A DNA stretch of 64,000 nucleotides from Candidatus Methanomethylicia archaeon. GTDB lineage: Archaea; Thermoproteota; Methanomethylicia; Nezhaarchaeales; B40-G2. The position numbers were made by a program, and so were the translations under genes. The DNA lies in contig JAPDJI010000025.1 in assembly GCA_029259155.1 (NCBI GenBank), positions 5,044-69,043 on the forward strand. Reading direction: 5' to 3'. This document shows, in pieces, positions 44,446-53,520 of the stretch. The notes beneath the pieces are model-generated. The model was not told the origin of the DNA and made no database searches. It was given only the letters and a program-made list of their open reading frames with translations. How positions within the stretch are numbered: position 1 is the first letter of the stretch; each line of letters starts with the position of its first letter.

Positions 44446-45528
44446 CTAGAGCGTGATTAAGCGGTAAATGGTCTCACCGACTCCCAGCTCTTTAGCTATC
44501 TCTAAGTGTCTTCGAGGGTCTGTGCCATTTACTTTGGCTAAGAAGTTAGGCGGCTTAGCTTCGTGCCATGAATGTACCGCTGCAGCCTCTATAAGGTCTA
44601 AAGCTGCAGCGTCTATTGCTACGGGGTCTAAGGAGGCTAGGACCCCTACATCAGGTATTAGGGGCCTACCGGCTGGAGTCGCGCAGTCGCATAAGGGCGT
44701 TACGTCTTGGACGAAGCTTAGTATAGCTATCCTATCTTTAAATTGTTTTAGTACAGCATAGGCTGCGTGTGCCAAGTAGACCTGGAACCTTTCCTTTCCT
44801 TCTTCTGGCCAACTCCATGCTCCGTTGGGACAGGTAAAGAGGCAGGTATTGCAATACATGCATTTCGAGGGGTCCCTGACAGCTTTACCATCCTCAACCT
44901 TTAATGCTTGAAAGGGACAAGACTCTGCGCAGATACCGCATCCGTCGCATTTTTCAGCGTCGAAGACTAAGCCGCAGGCAGCGTGTTGAGCTGCCTTCGA
45001 CCTCTTAGTGACGCATCCCATAGCGGCGTGTTTGAGGGCTCCTCCAAAACCTGCTAGGAGGTGTCCTTTAGCGTGTACAATTAGTAGAAGAGAATCAGCC
45101 TTTGCTATGGCTGAGGCTATCTCTACTTCATTTAAGCTGCAGCCCTCTATGGATTTATCAATCTTTACTTTGACCCCTGCGTAGCCATTTGGGGCATCCC
45201 CCACCACGAAGGGGGCGCCTAGCTTCTCGGTGAAGCCGTGGAGCTCTGCAGTACGGTAACAGTCTTCTACGGTGAACCTATGTTTAGGGTATAGCGTCGT
45301 GGTCTCAACGATAAATGGCTCTCCTCCTATCTCCTTTACTAACTCCACAGCTCTATGGACTAAGATTGGTCTTAGGTACGTTATATTTCCTCTTTCACCA
45401 ATATGGACCTTGACAGCTACTTTACCTTTCAGGGCCTTCGCGAACCCTGCTTTCTCAAAAAGCTCTCTTAGCCCTTCCAATACGTCAGTATCCTTGGAGT
45501 AGTCAAGGAAGTAAACTTCGGGGATCAA
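44446..45528 (-). CDS. DUF362-domain protein with an embedded 2x[4Fe-4S] ferredoxin domain.
   Basis: The DUF362-like N-terminus is VAVKVHIGERGNITYLRP...FIVETTTLY, and the central motifs CDGCGICAESCP and CMYCNTCLFTCP are present. Confidence 0.75.
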   Translation of the reverse strand: MIPEVYFLDYSKDTDVLEGLRELFEKAGFAKALKGKVAVKVHIGERGNITYLRPILVHRAVELVKEIGGEPFIVETTTLYPKHRFTVEDCYRTAELHGFTEKLGAPFVVGDAPNGYAGVKVKIDKSIEGCSLNEVEIASAIAKADSLLLIVHAKGHLLAGFGGALKHAAMGCVTKRSKAAQHAACGLVFDAEKCDGCGICAESCPFQALKVEDGKAVRDPSKCMYCNTCLFTCPNGAWSWPEEGKERFQVYLAHAAYAVLKQFKDRIAILSFVQDVTPLCDCATPAGRPLIPDVGVLASLDPVAIDAAALDLIEAAAVHSWHEAKPPNFLAKVNGTDPRRHLEIAKELGVGETIYRLITL

Positions 45529-45595
45529 GGCTAGCCATCCTCATCGCTACAGCTAAAAGTCAACCTAAATATAAACGATTTGAGGTTCACCTGGG

Positions 45596-46351
45596 TTGAG
45601 CTTCGCAGAGCTCATGTCCAAGTCTAAATCTAGAATAATCCTCGCTCTCGACCTGACTGGGCCCTCACTGCTGGATAGAGCCTTAAAGATACTCGATGAA
45701 GTTTATCCTTACGTATCAGCCGTCAAGGTGAACCGCCACCTATCAGTGCCTCTGAACATAGAGGAGCTTTCCAAGCTGGTCCATGCTATACATGATCGAG
45801 GCCTCCTCGCCATTATGGATTGCAAGATAAACGACGTAGGAAGCACCAATAAAGTGATGGCTGAGCTTTTCTTCCATGCTGGTTTCGATGCTTTAACTGC
45901 AAGTCCCTTTACTGGGTGGAAGGAGGGTCTTGAGCCTGTATTCAACCTAGCTAAAGATAATAGTAGAGGAATTCTCGTCCTTGTTTACATGAGCCATGAA
46001 GGGGCCTCCGAAAACTACGAGAGGTTAGTGTTGGATAGATCTTCAATATCCTATAAGAGGATGTATGAGATATTTGCTGAGAAGGCCCTACTGTGGAGAG
46101 CTGACGGAGCAATAGTGGGCGCTACTCGCCCACGAATCTTGGCTGAAGTAAAACGTCTCTTAAAAGGTAAGATACCGATATACTCGCCCGGCATCATAGT
46201 TCAGGGAGGTAGTATTGAGGTTTCATTGAAGGCTGGAGCCGACTACCTGATAGTCGGAAGGGCTATTGTGGAGGCTCCGAATCCGAGCCAAGTCGCCGCT
46301 AATCTTAATAGGCTGGTGGAGGAGACGCTAGCCCGCTTACGTGGAGGGTGA
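45596..46351 (+). CDS. pyrF: Orotidine-5'-phosphate decarboxylase.
   Basis: ILALD, the D-x-K-x-x-D motif (MDCKINDVGSTN) and the C-terminal IVGRAI are present. The start is TTG at 45596 or ATG at 45614. Confidence 0.85.
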   Translation: MSFAELMSKSKSRIILALDLTGPSLLDRALKILDEVYPYVSAVKVNRHLSVPLNIEELSKLVHAIHDRGLLAIMDCKINDVGSTNKVMAELFFHAGFDALTASPFTGWKEGLEPVFNLAKDNSRGILVLVYMSHEGASENYERLVLDRSSISYKRMYEIFAEKALLWRADGAIVGATRPRILAEVKRLLKGKIPIYSPGIIVQGGSIEVSLKAGADYLIVGRAIVEAPNPSQVAANLNRLVEETLARLRGG

Positions 46352-46354
46352 CTT

Positions 46355-46780
46355 ATGGAGAAGGTGGAACGCTCATCTCTCATAGATATCAGGTCTTTCG
46401 AGGGAGGGCAGGCTCATCACCACTTCCTCACCGAGGCTTTAAAGCAGAGGTTAGAGATCATAAAACACCTTACAGCTCGAGACGTTGAGGAAGTGGCGAA
46501 GGAGCTGGGAGCTCATTTAGTGGACCTTAAAATAGACGACGCTACGGAGTGGGCATTAAAGATCTCTCCCTTCCGAGGATTCGATATCTTTTTCGTCCTC
46601 CAACGATACTCACCTGAATTTGAAGATAGCCTTCTAGCCTTCTACAATAGGGAAGCTCCTAGCATAGGTGTGCCAGCTGAAGACGCCTCCGATTTTACCG
46701 TGCTTTATGCTAATGCTATCATATATGCTGCTAAGAGAGTGTTGGATAAGGAGCTTCCTAGGCTTTCAAGATACCTATAA
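46355..46780 (+). CDS. Hypothetical protein, possibly DUF3786-like.
   Basis: The pattern ...VEEVAKELGA...FDIFFVLQRYSPEFEDSLLAFYNREAPSIGVPAEDASDF resembles my memory of the DUF3786 consensus (..EEFP....ILFD......LP.ED). This has not been verified. Confidence 0.35.
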   Translation: MEKVERSSLIDIRSFEGGQAHHHFLTEALKQRLEIIKHLTARDVEEVAKELGAHLVDLKIDDATEWALKISPFRGFDIFFVLQRYSPEFEDSLLAFYNREAPSIGVPAEDASDFTVLYANAIIYAAKRVLDKELPRLSRYL

Positions 46781-46792
46781 GGGGGTGTCTAA

Positions 46793-47581
46793 ATGGATCT
46801 AGTGGTATGCGTTAAAAGAGTAGCTGAACACGCTGAAGCCGAGTTTGAGGTTGATGAAACAGGGAAGAAACTAAAGGCAAAAGGAGCAGCCTACGACATA
46901 AATGAATGGGATGATTATGCGTTAGAGGAAGCCTTAAGGCTCAAGGAGGCCTTGGGGGGTAGATTAACAGCAGTAACCGTGGGTGACGAGGATAGCGAAG
47001 AAGTATTGAGGAAATGTTTGGCGAAAGGAGCTGACGAAGCGATTAGGGTAGATGTTCCAACTGAAGAAATGGACGCCTACGCAGTGGCGAAGGTGTTACA
47101 CCGTGTTCTGAAGAAGCTCAACTTTGACCTCGTCTTGATGGGTGCTCAAGCCTCTGACGATGGTTATGCCCAGGTAGGCCCCATATTAGCTTTCCTCTTA
47201 GGGGTTCCTCACGCCACTTTGGTTAAGAAAGTGGAGGTTTTAGAAGAATGGATTAGGGTGCATAGAGAGCTTGAAGGTGGAGCTGAGGAGGTAGTTGAAT
47301 TACGTGTTCCAGCTTTACTCACGATACAGACAGGCATCAATGAGCCCAGGTACGTATCCATTATGGGTCTTAGAAGAGCCTCTAAAAAACCATTAAAGGT
47401 CCTATCGCCAGGAGAGCTCGAACTGACTTCTGAAGACGTGGGCAGGGAAGGGTCTTGGGCTAGGCTAGTACGATATGAGATCCCACGCGTTGAAAGACGG
47501 GCCTTAATCATTGAAGGCCCCGCTGAGAAGGCTGCTTCATTCATCTTTAACCTATTGAAGGAGAGGGGGGTCACGGCTTGA
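46793..47581 (+). CDS. etfB: Electron transfer flavoprotein beta subunit.
   Basis: The MDLVVCVKRV N-terminus and DLVLMGAQASDDGYAQVGP block are present in a 262-aa protein. Confidence 0.9.
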   Translation: MDLVVCVKRVAEHAEAEFEVDETGKKLKAKGAAYDINEWDDYALEEALRLKEALGGRLTAVTVGDEDSEEVLRKCLAKGADEAIRVDVPTEEMDAYAVAKVLHRVLKKLNFDLVLMGAQASDDGYAQVGPILAFLLGVPHATLVKKVEVLEEWIRVHRELEGGAEEVVELRVPALLTIQTGINEPRYVSIMGLRRASKKPLKVLSPGELELTSEDVGREGSWARLVRYEIPRVERRALIIEGPAEKAASFIFNLLKERGVTA

Positions 47582-48537
47582 ACCCTGAGCTACTGGCACT
47601 AGCTGAGCATAGAGAAGGTGAGCTTAGAGAGGTCACCTTTGAATTAGCGGGGCTAGCGAGAAAACTTGAACTTAAAGCCACCTGTGTTCTACTAGGTTTC
47701 AAGGCTCAATCCATGGCTGAGAAGCTGGCATCATACTTTGATGAGGTGTTTTACGTAGAACACGACCTCCTCAAGCATTTCAACTCTGACCTCTATCAAC
47801 CTCTTCTAGCTAAGTTGACGAAGGAGCGTAGACCTAAGCTGGTAGCTATGGGTCACACCTCCATAGGCATGGAGCTGGCCCCCAGTTTAGCTGCTGAGCT
47901 AGGCTGTCCTCTGATAACCGACGTTCTGGACGTTCAACTTAATGGAGAGAAGCTGTTAGCTAGGAGGCAGATATATGGGGGTAAGGTGGAGGCTTTAATG
48001 GAGCTTAAGGAGTCTCCATGCCATATGATCACTATGAGGCCAGGAGTGTTACGCCAGCCTGAACCTAAAGGTCAAGGCAAAGTAACCAAAGTTGACATGG
48101 AGTTAAAGGAGTCGCTGCGTAAAAAAGTTGTAGGCTACGTAGAGCCTCCGGTAGCCGAGGTTGACATAACTAAAGCTGACGTCATAGTTAGCATAGGTCG
48201 AGGCATCAGGGATGCAGGCAACATACCTGCTGTCGAAGAGTTAGCTCGCATGTTGGGTGGAGTACTAGCTTGTTCTAGGCCAGTAGTGGATAAAGGATGG
48301 CTTCCTAAGGATAGACAAGTCGGTAATTCAGGTAAGACCGTGAAGCCTAAACTTTACCTAGCGCTCGGCATTAGCGGGGCTTTTCAGCACGTGGTAGGAA
48401 TGAAAAACTCTGACCTAATCATAGCAGTGAACAAGGACCCTAATGCACCGATTTTTAATGTGGCCCACTACGGCATAGTGGACGACCTAATGAAGGTGGT
48501 AGAGGCCTTAAAGAACCTGCTTAAGGCTAGGAGCTAG
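47578..48537 (+). CDS. etfA: Electron transfer flavoprotein alpha subunit.
   Basis: The C-terminal FAD-binding block PKLYLALGISGAFQHVVGMKNSDLIIAVNKDPNAPIF is present. There is no N-terminal ferredoxin domain. Confidence 0.9.
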   Translation: MNPELLALAEHREGELREVTFELAGLARKLELKATCVLLGFKAQSMAEKLASYFDEVFYVEHDLLKHFNSDLYQPLLAKLTKERRPKLVAMGHTSIGMELAPSLAAELGCPLITDVLDVQLNGEKLLARRQIYGGKVEALMELKESPCHMITMRPGVLRQPEPKGQGKVTKVDMELKESLRKKVVGYVEPPVAEVDITKADVIVSIGRGIRDAGNIPAVEELARMLGGVLACSRPVVDKGWLPKDRQVGNSGKTVKPKLYLALGISGAFQHVVGMKNSDLIIAVNKDPNAPIFNVAHYGIVDDLMKVVEALKNLLKARS

Positions 48538-49639
48538 GAAGAGCTTGTGCCAATAGTTCAGCTACATCCATGACTCTAAGTTTATCTTCTAACCCAGCCG
48601 TCTTCACCCCGTCCTCTAGGTTAGCTAAGCAGAAGGGACAAGCAGTTGCGAGGATAGATGCTCCTGTAGAGGATGCTTCGACTACTCTAACTTCAGCTAA
48701 TCTTCTGCCAGGTGGTCCTTCAAACCACATCCTTCCTCCACCCCCTTCACAGCATAGACTCCTCGACCTGGAACGCTCCATCTCAACAAGTTTGACCCCG
48801 CGTATAGCTTTCAGAAGCTTACGTGGCTCCTCGTATACTCCGCTACGTCTACCTAAGTAACATGGGTCATGGTAGGTGACCACCACGTCAGCTAAGCCCT
48901 TGAGCTTAAGTAAACCCTCGTCTAAGAGGCGGGCTAAGAATTGCGTATAATGAAGCACCTCAGCCTTAAGCCCAAGATACCTGTTCTTAAAGGCATAGTA
49001 GCAATGGGGGGAAGTGGTAATGATTGTTTCTACGCCTTCTCCCATGTTTGCTTTATTCGTTTCCATGAGTTCCTCGAAAAGCCCAAGTTCACCTATATTG
49101 TATACCTCATTTCCGCAGCAGACCTCGTCCTCGCCCAGAAACGCTGGTTCAACGCCGGCGGCTTTAAGTACCTTGACCAGGGCTCTAGCAGCTTCTTGAG
49201 CCCTAGGGTCATAGGCTGATGCGCAACAAGTGAATAAGAGAATCTTGGAATCTTCGAGCTCTAAAAGCCTCTTGATACCTAGGCCTGAGGCCCACTCCCC
49301 ACGTTTAACCCTACTCTTACCCCAAGGGTTACCTTGTTTGAATGTGTTTTCAAGGCTGTCTCTAAGTGTAGGCGGTATTTTTCCGGCCTCCACACGCTCC
49401 GACCTTAACTCAATGATAAGGTCGAGGGGCTTAGTACCTCTAGGGCACCTGTAAACGCATAGGTAACAGGTTGTACAGTCCCATAGTTCATCGCCTACCT
49501 CAAGGCTTTTAGTCATAAGTGACGCTGTTATTCGCCTAACGTTGAGCGTAGACCTCGTACTTAAAGGACAGCTACCTACACATACTCCGCACTGCATGCA
49601 GGCTAATAATTCATGCCTGCTTAACGCCTCCAACTTCAT
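48527..49639 (-). CDS. HdrD/GlpC-like FeS oxidoreductase (2x[4Fe-4S] plus two CCG cysteine-rich domains).
   Basis: CMQCGVCVGSCP and CTTCYLCVYRCP are present. The CCG-type motifs are FTCCASAYDP, DPCYLGR, CCEGGGG and CPFC. Confidence 0.8.
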   Translation of the reverse strand: MKLEALSRHELLACMQCGVCVGSCPLSTRSTLNVRRITASLMTKSLEVGDELWDCTTCYLCVYRCPRGTKPLDLIIELRSERVEAGKIPPTLRDSLENTFKQGNPWGKSRVKRGEWASGLGIKRLLELEDSKILLFTCCASAYDPRAQEAARALVKVLKAAGVEPAFLGEDEVCCGNEVYNIGELGLFEELMETNKANMGEGVETIITTSPHCYYAFKNRYLGLKAEVLHYTQFLARLLDEGLLKLKGLADVVVTYHDPCYLGRRSGVYEEPRKLLKAIRGVKLVEMERSRSRSLCCEGGGGRMWFEGPPGRRLAEVRVVEASSTGASILATACPFCLANLEDGVKTAGLEDKLRVMDVAELLAQALPSS

Positions 49640-51993
49640 CGCGCCTCCATTGCTCTACTTAGCCTAACTCTTTCCTCAGCCCCTAAGGGACCTAGGTCCC
49701 TGACCATGGAGGTATGCGTGCGCAGTATGTCGGCTATCTTTCTATAGGCAGGTAACTCGATAAGGCTATAGTAGACCCGCGTCGACTCCACGCCAGCTTC
49801 CTCTAGGCTAGCGAGGGCTTCTTCAAACCTCCATCTGAATGCTTCATCCACCCATTTCTGCCCCTCTATAACCACTATTCCATCGGCTCCAAGCATGAAG
49901 GCTTTGAGAAGTAAGTCTCTTCCTAAGATAGCTGAGGAAGGTATAGCTATTGGCAAGGTTTCAGCAGGATAATTAACTCTGTCTAATCCTAAGAAGTCAA
50001 GCCCTGTGTAGGCAATGTTCTTCTCCACGAAAGCGACGATAACTACATCGCCTTCTCTCTTTTCAGCTAGCAATCCTTTAAGTTGAGCTTCTAGCTGTCT
50101 ACGCGTATAGTTCTTAAAGTCTATGGCGCTTTTCGGGCAAGCTGGGATGCAGGCGCCACACCCTATACATGAGACCACCTTAACCGCTGCTTTTCCTTCC
50201 TTCAACTCTATCGCAGCAATAGGGCAAACCTCCATACAAGCGCCGCATCCATCGCAATGCTCCCAGTAAACCCATGGTTTTTCTGGACTTGAGATCACAA
50301 CCCCTCTCCTGAGAAAGGTATCTACGCGAGACGAGGCAGCCAAGGCATCAGCAACGCTATCTCGTACATCTCTAGGTCCTAAAGCACAGCCACAAGCATA
50401 GATGCCGGCTCTAAGTAGATCAACTGGACCCAGTTTCGGGTGTTTCTCCTGTATGAAGCCATCCTCACCTATAGGCAGTGATACTTTATCAGCTAGTTGA
50501 CGTAGTCCTGAAGGTGGGATCATGGGAGTAGCCAGAGCCACTAAGTCGAATTCCTCCTCCATCACTTTTCCGAGTAGTGTGTTTTCAGCTCTTACAAGGA
50601 GACCATGTTCTCCACGCCTAATCTCAGCTACCCTACCCCTCACGAATACTACGCCACTCTCTTGAGCCTTAACGTAGAGCTCCTCATAGCCTTTCCCTGC
50701 AGCTCTAATATCAGTATAAAATATCCATACTTCAACTCCAAACTGTTCTCTGAGCAGTACGGCCTGCTTTAATGAGTACATGCAGCATACCTTGCTGCAG
50801 TAAGGCACGTATCTATTCCTATCCCTAGAGCCGGCACATAGCACAATGGCTATTTTCTTAACCTCGCTCTGGTCGCTAAATTTCCTTAATAACCCCTTTG
50901 TTGGGCCGAAGAGGGAAGTCAAGCGTTCAAGCTCCATCATAGTTATTACGTCAGGGTACTGGCCATAGCCATAATCCTCGAGAAGCTTAGCGTCGAGGAG
51001 CTCATAGCCTACCGCTACCACGACCCCTCCAACCTTAAGCTCCAGCTGGCTTTCTTCTTCGTCTAGTCGTATAGCGTCACGTGGACACTTCTCTATACAG
51101 GCGCCGCAGCGAGTACAGGCAGAGAAGTCGATGACATAAGCATAAGGTACTGCTTGAGGAAAGGGTACATAGATAGCTTTCCTCTTGCTTCTATTTTCAT
51201 TGTATTCATCGTCAACCTCAACGGGACAAGCTTTACTACATATACCGCAACCAGCACACTTGGATACGTCCACTCCTCGAGGTTTAACTTTCACCTTAAC
51301 CGTATAGTTACCCGGATATCCTTCGATATTTTCAACTTCGCTTAACGTGAGCAGCGTTATGTTAGGGTGTCTACTCACCTCAGCCATCTTAGGTGTTAGT
51401 ATGCACTGCGCACAGTCGAGGGTGGGGAAGACCTTAGTCAACTTGGCCATGTTTCCTCCTATCGATGGGCCCTTCTCGACCAAGTAGACTTTATAGCCCT
51501 TGTCGGCGAGCTCTAGAGAACAGGTTATCCCAGCTATACCTCCTCCGATCACGAGCACTTCCTGTCTACAAGGCTCCTCCACGGGTTCGAGAGGCTCGAG
51601 CTCCAGGCATCTTTCATAGCCTCCCTTAAGTAGCCTTAGAGCTTTCTTCGTAGCGGCCTCTTTATCGTCAGCGTGGACCCATGAGCATTGTTCCCTTATA
51701 TTGACGAACTCTAACATGTAAGGGTTAAGGCCTGCCCTGCGCATAGCGTCATGAAAAGTGGAGAGATGCATCCTAGGCGTACAACAAGCTACAACTACTC
51801 TATCGAGGCCACGTGACTTAATAGCTTCTACAAGCCTATCTTGAGAAGGCTTGGAGCATAGATAATCTTCGACCCTCGCAACAACTACGTAACTCCACTT
51901 AGAAGCCTTCTCCCGCAAATGATCGCAATCGACAGTATCGCTTATGTTACCTCCACATCTACATATAAATACGCCCACCTTCGGTTGGGGCAA
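49636..51993 (-). CDS. HdrA-like FAD/FeS protein fused to a C-terminal MvhD-like domain.
   Basis: The N-terminus is VGVFICRCGGNISDTVD and the FAD motif is VLVIGGGIAGITCS. Several ferredoxin motifs are present (CAGCGICSKACP, CTRCGACIEKCP, CDGCGACMEVCP, CIGCGACIPACP). The last roughly 140 aa (VVIVAFVEKNIAYTGLDFLG...) resemble the MvhD family. The total length is 785 aa. Confidence 0.85.
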   Translation of the reverse strand: MPQPKVGVFICRCGGNISDTVDCDHLREKASKWSYVVVARVEDYLCSKPSQDRLVEAIKSRGLDRVVVACCTPRMHLSTFHDAMRRAGLNPYMLEFVNIREQCSWVHADDKEAATKKALRLLKGGYERCLELEPLEPVEEPCRQEVLVIGGGIAGITCSLELADKGYKVYLVEKGPSIGGNMAKLTKVFPTLDCAQCILTPKMAEVSRHPNITLLTLSEVENIEGYPGNYTVKVKVKPRGVDVSKCAGCGICSKACPVEVDDEYNENRSKRKAIYVPFPQAVPYAYVIDFSACTRCGACIEKCPRDAIRLDEEESQLELKVGGVVVAVGYELLDAKLLEDYGYGQYPDVITMMELERLTSLFGPTKGLLRKFSDQSEVKKIAIVLCAGSRDRNRYVPYCSKVCCMYSLKQAVLLREQFGVEVWIFYTDIRAAGKGYEELYVKAQESGVVFVRGRVAEIRRGEHGLLVRAENTLLGKVMEEEFDLVALATPMIPPSGLRQLADKVSLPIGEDGFIQEKHPKLGPVDLLRAGIYACGCALGPRDVRDSVADALAASSRVDTFLRRGVVISSPEKPWVYWEHCDGCGACMEVCPIAAIELKEGKAAVKVVSCIGCGACIPACPKSAIDFKNYTRRQLEAQLKGLLAEKREGDVVIVAFVEKNIAYTGLDFLGLDRVNYPAETLPIAIPSSAILGRDLLLKAFMLGADGIVVIEGQKWVDEAFRWRFEEALASLEEAGVESTRVYYSLIELPAYRKIADILRTHTSMVRDLGPLGAEERVRLSRAMEAR

Positions 51994-52027
51994 GGAAACC
52001 CTTCACGCGGTAGAGTGTTAAGATTAT

Positions 52028-53434
52028 TTAAGCGATTGGGCGTTTTGCTGAGTACGTCACTAAACGTGAAATGGCTGAGACCGCTAAATCTACTGTTGGA
52101 TAGACGGGCACTTTAACTTCCAGCAGTTTTCTTCCAGCTTTCTGATAGTCTTCGTAGAATAGTCTCGGTTGCATGACCACGAATATCGGTTTACCGTAGC
52201 GTTGCTTAACGCGGCATACCACGTCGGTAAGCTCATGGAAGCGTTGTGCTCCTCGGTATAATGAAGGCCACTCCATGCTTTGAAGAATTAGGAGCCCATC
52301 AATGTTAGGGTCTTCTATCAGGAAAGATAGTATCTCTAAGTAGGTTTCTGGGTCCAGGGCAGCTAATTGAATATCCACAGGGTTTCTTATGCTGGACCCG
52401 TACCTAGGAACTATTTTTTCAAGCTTCTTCAAGGTCTCTCCAGAGGGTCTAGGGAGGCTTAAGCCATGCTTACTACAGGCGTCAGCTGTTGATACGGCCT
52501 CCCCTCCACTTATTGAAACGACTGCCAGCCTTCCCCCGCTAATTTTTGGGATTAATGAGAATGTGAGGGACGTGTAGGCGGTGTCTTCTAGGCTATAAGC
52601 CTGGATGGCTTGACCCTGCTTTAAGGCTACCCTCCACAGGGTCCAAGACCCTGCCATAGCTAACGTATGAGTCGATACCGCCTCTGCCCCTTCCTCCGTC
52701 ACCCCTCCTTTCCATACAATAACTGGTTTCTTGGCCGTGGTTTTCTTTAGAGAGCTTATGAGCTGTCTTCCGTCCTTAACTCCTTCCACGTAGGTTGCTA
52801 TCACGTGGGTCTCAGGGTCTTCGCCGAAGGCCTCGATTAGCTCAGGTAAGTCTACATCAACCGCATTGCCATAACTTACAATAGCACTAAACTTAAGTCC
52901 TATAGATGCTCCTAGCCACCCCATGGCTGCAGCGTGTCCCCCGCTCTGAGCCAGAAAGGCTACATTTCCAGCTTCCTTAGGGAAGCCGTGGGCAAAGCAT
53001 AGTCCAGAGCTAGGCCTGTAGATGCCTAAGCAATTTGGTCCTATCACCCTAAACTTCCAGCGTTTAACTGCCTCAACTATAGCTCTACTTATTCCCCTAT
53101 CACCCGTCGGTGAGAGGATGTCGGAGTCAGAGGTGAAGATAATGATGGCTTTCACACCTTTAACGCCACACTCTTCCAATACCTCTGCTACTGCTTCTCT
53201 AGGCACGGCTATGAACGCTAAGTCTACTGCTTCCTCTATCTCGCTTACCTTATGGTATACCTTGAACCCCAAGATCTCGCTTTCCTTTGGATTTACGAGG
53301 TAGAGGCGGCCATGATAACCATACTCGAGGAGGGTTCTAACGTAGTGGTTGATGTAATCGTCTTCTCTTTTAGATACTCCGATTATAGCCATGGAGCGGG
53401 GCGATAGAAACAAGCTCCAGGGTGCCTTACCCAA
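52028..53434 (-). CDS. ADP-forming acetyl-CoA synthetase alpha subunit-like protein (CoA-binding plus succinyl-CoA-synthetase-like domains).
   Basis: LFLSPRSMAIIGVS marks the CoA-binding N-terminus, GPNCLGIY is present, and VSTHTLAMAGS is the phospho-His loop. The protein is 468 aa. No ATP-grasp beta subunit lies adjacent. Confidence 0.8.
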   Translation of the reverse strand: MGKAPWSLFLSPRSMAIIGVSKREDDYINHYVRTLLEYGYHGRLYLVNPKESEILGFKVYHKVSEIEEAVDLAFIAVPREAVAEVLEECGVKGVKAIIIFTSDSDILSPTGDRGISRAIVEAVKRWKFRVIGPNCLGIYRPSSGLCFAHGFPKEAGNVAFLAQSGGHAAAMGWLGASIGLKFSAIVSYGNAVDVDLPELIEAFGEDPETHVIATYVEGVKDGRQLISSLKKTTAKKPVIVWKGGVTEEGAEAVSTHTLAMAGSWTLWRVALKQGQAIQAYSLEDTAYTSLTFSLIPKISGGRLAVVSISGGEAVSTADACSKHGLSLPRPSGETLKKLEKIVPRYGSSIRNPVDIQLAALDPETYLEILSFLIEDPNIDGLLILQSMEWPSLYRGAQRFHELTDVVCRVKQRYGKPIFVVMQPRLFYEDYQKAGRKLLEVKVPVYPTVDLAVSAISRLVTYSAKRPIA

Positions 53435-53520
53435 TGTTCTTTCCTCCTCTGCGAGGTAGGATGAAAGCTTTTTATAGGCTCAGTTATTTTATAGCTATAA
53501 AATATTATGTGGTGGTGGAT

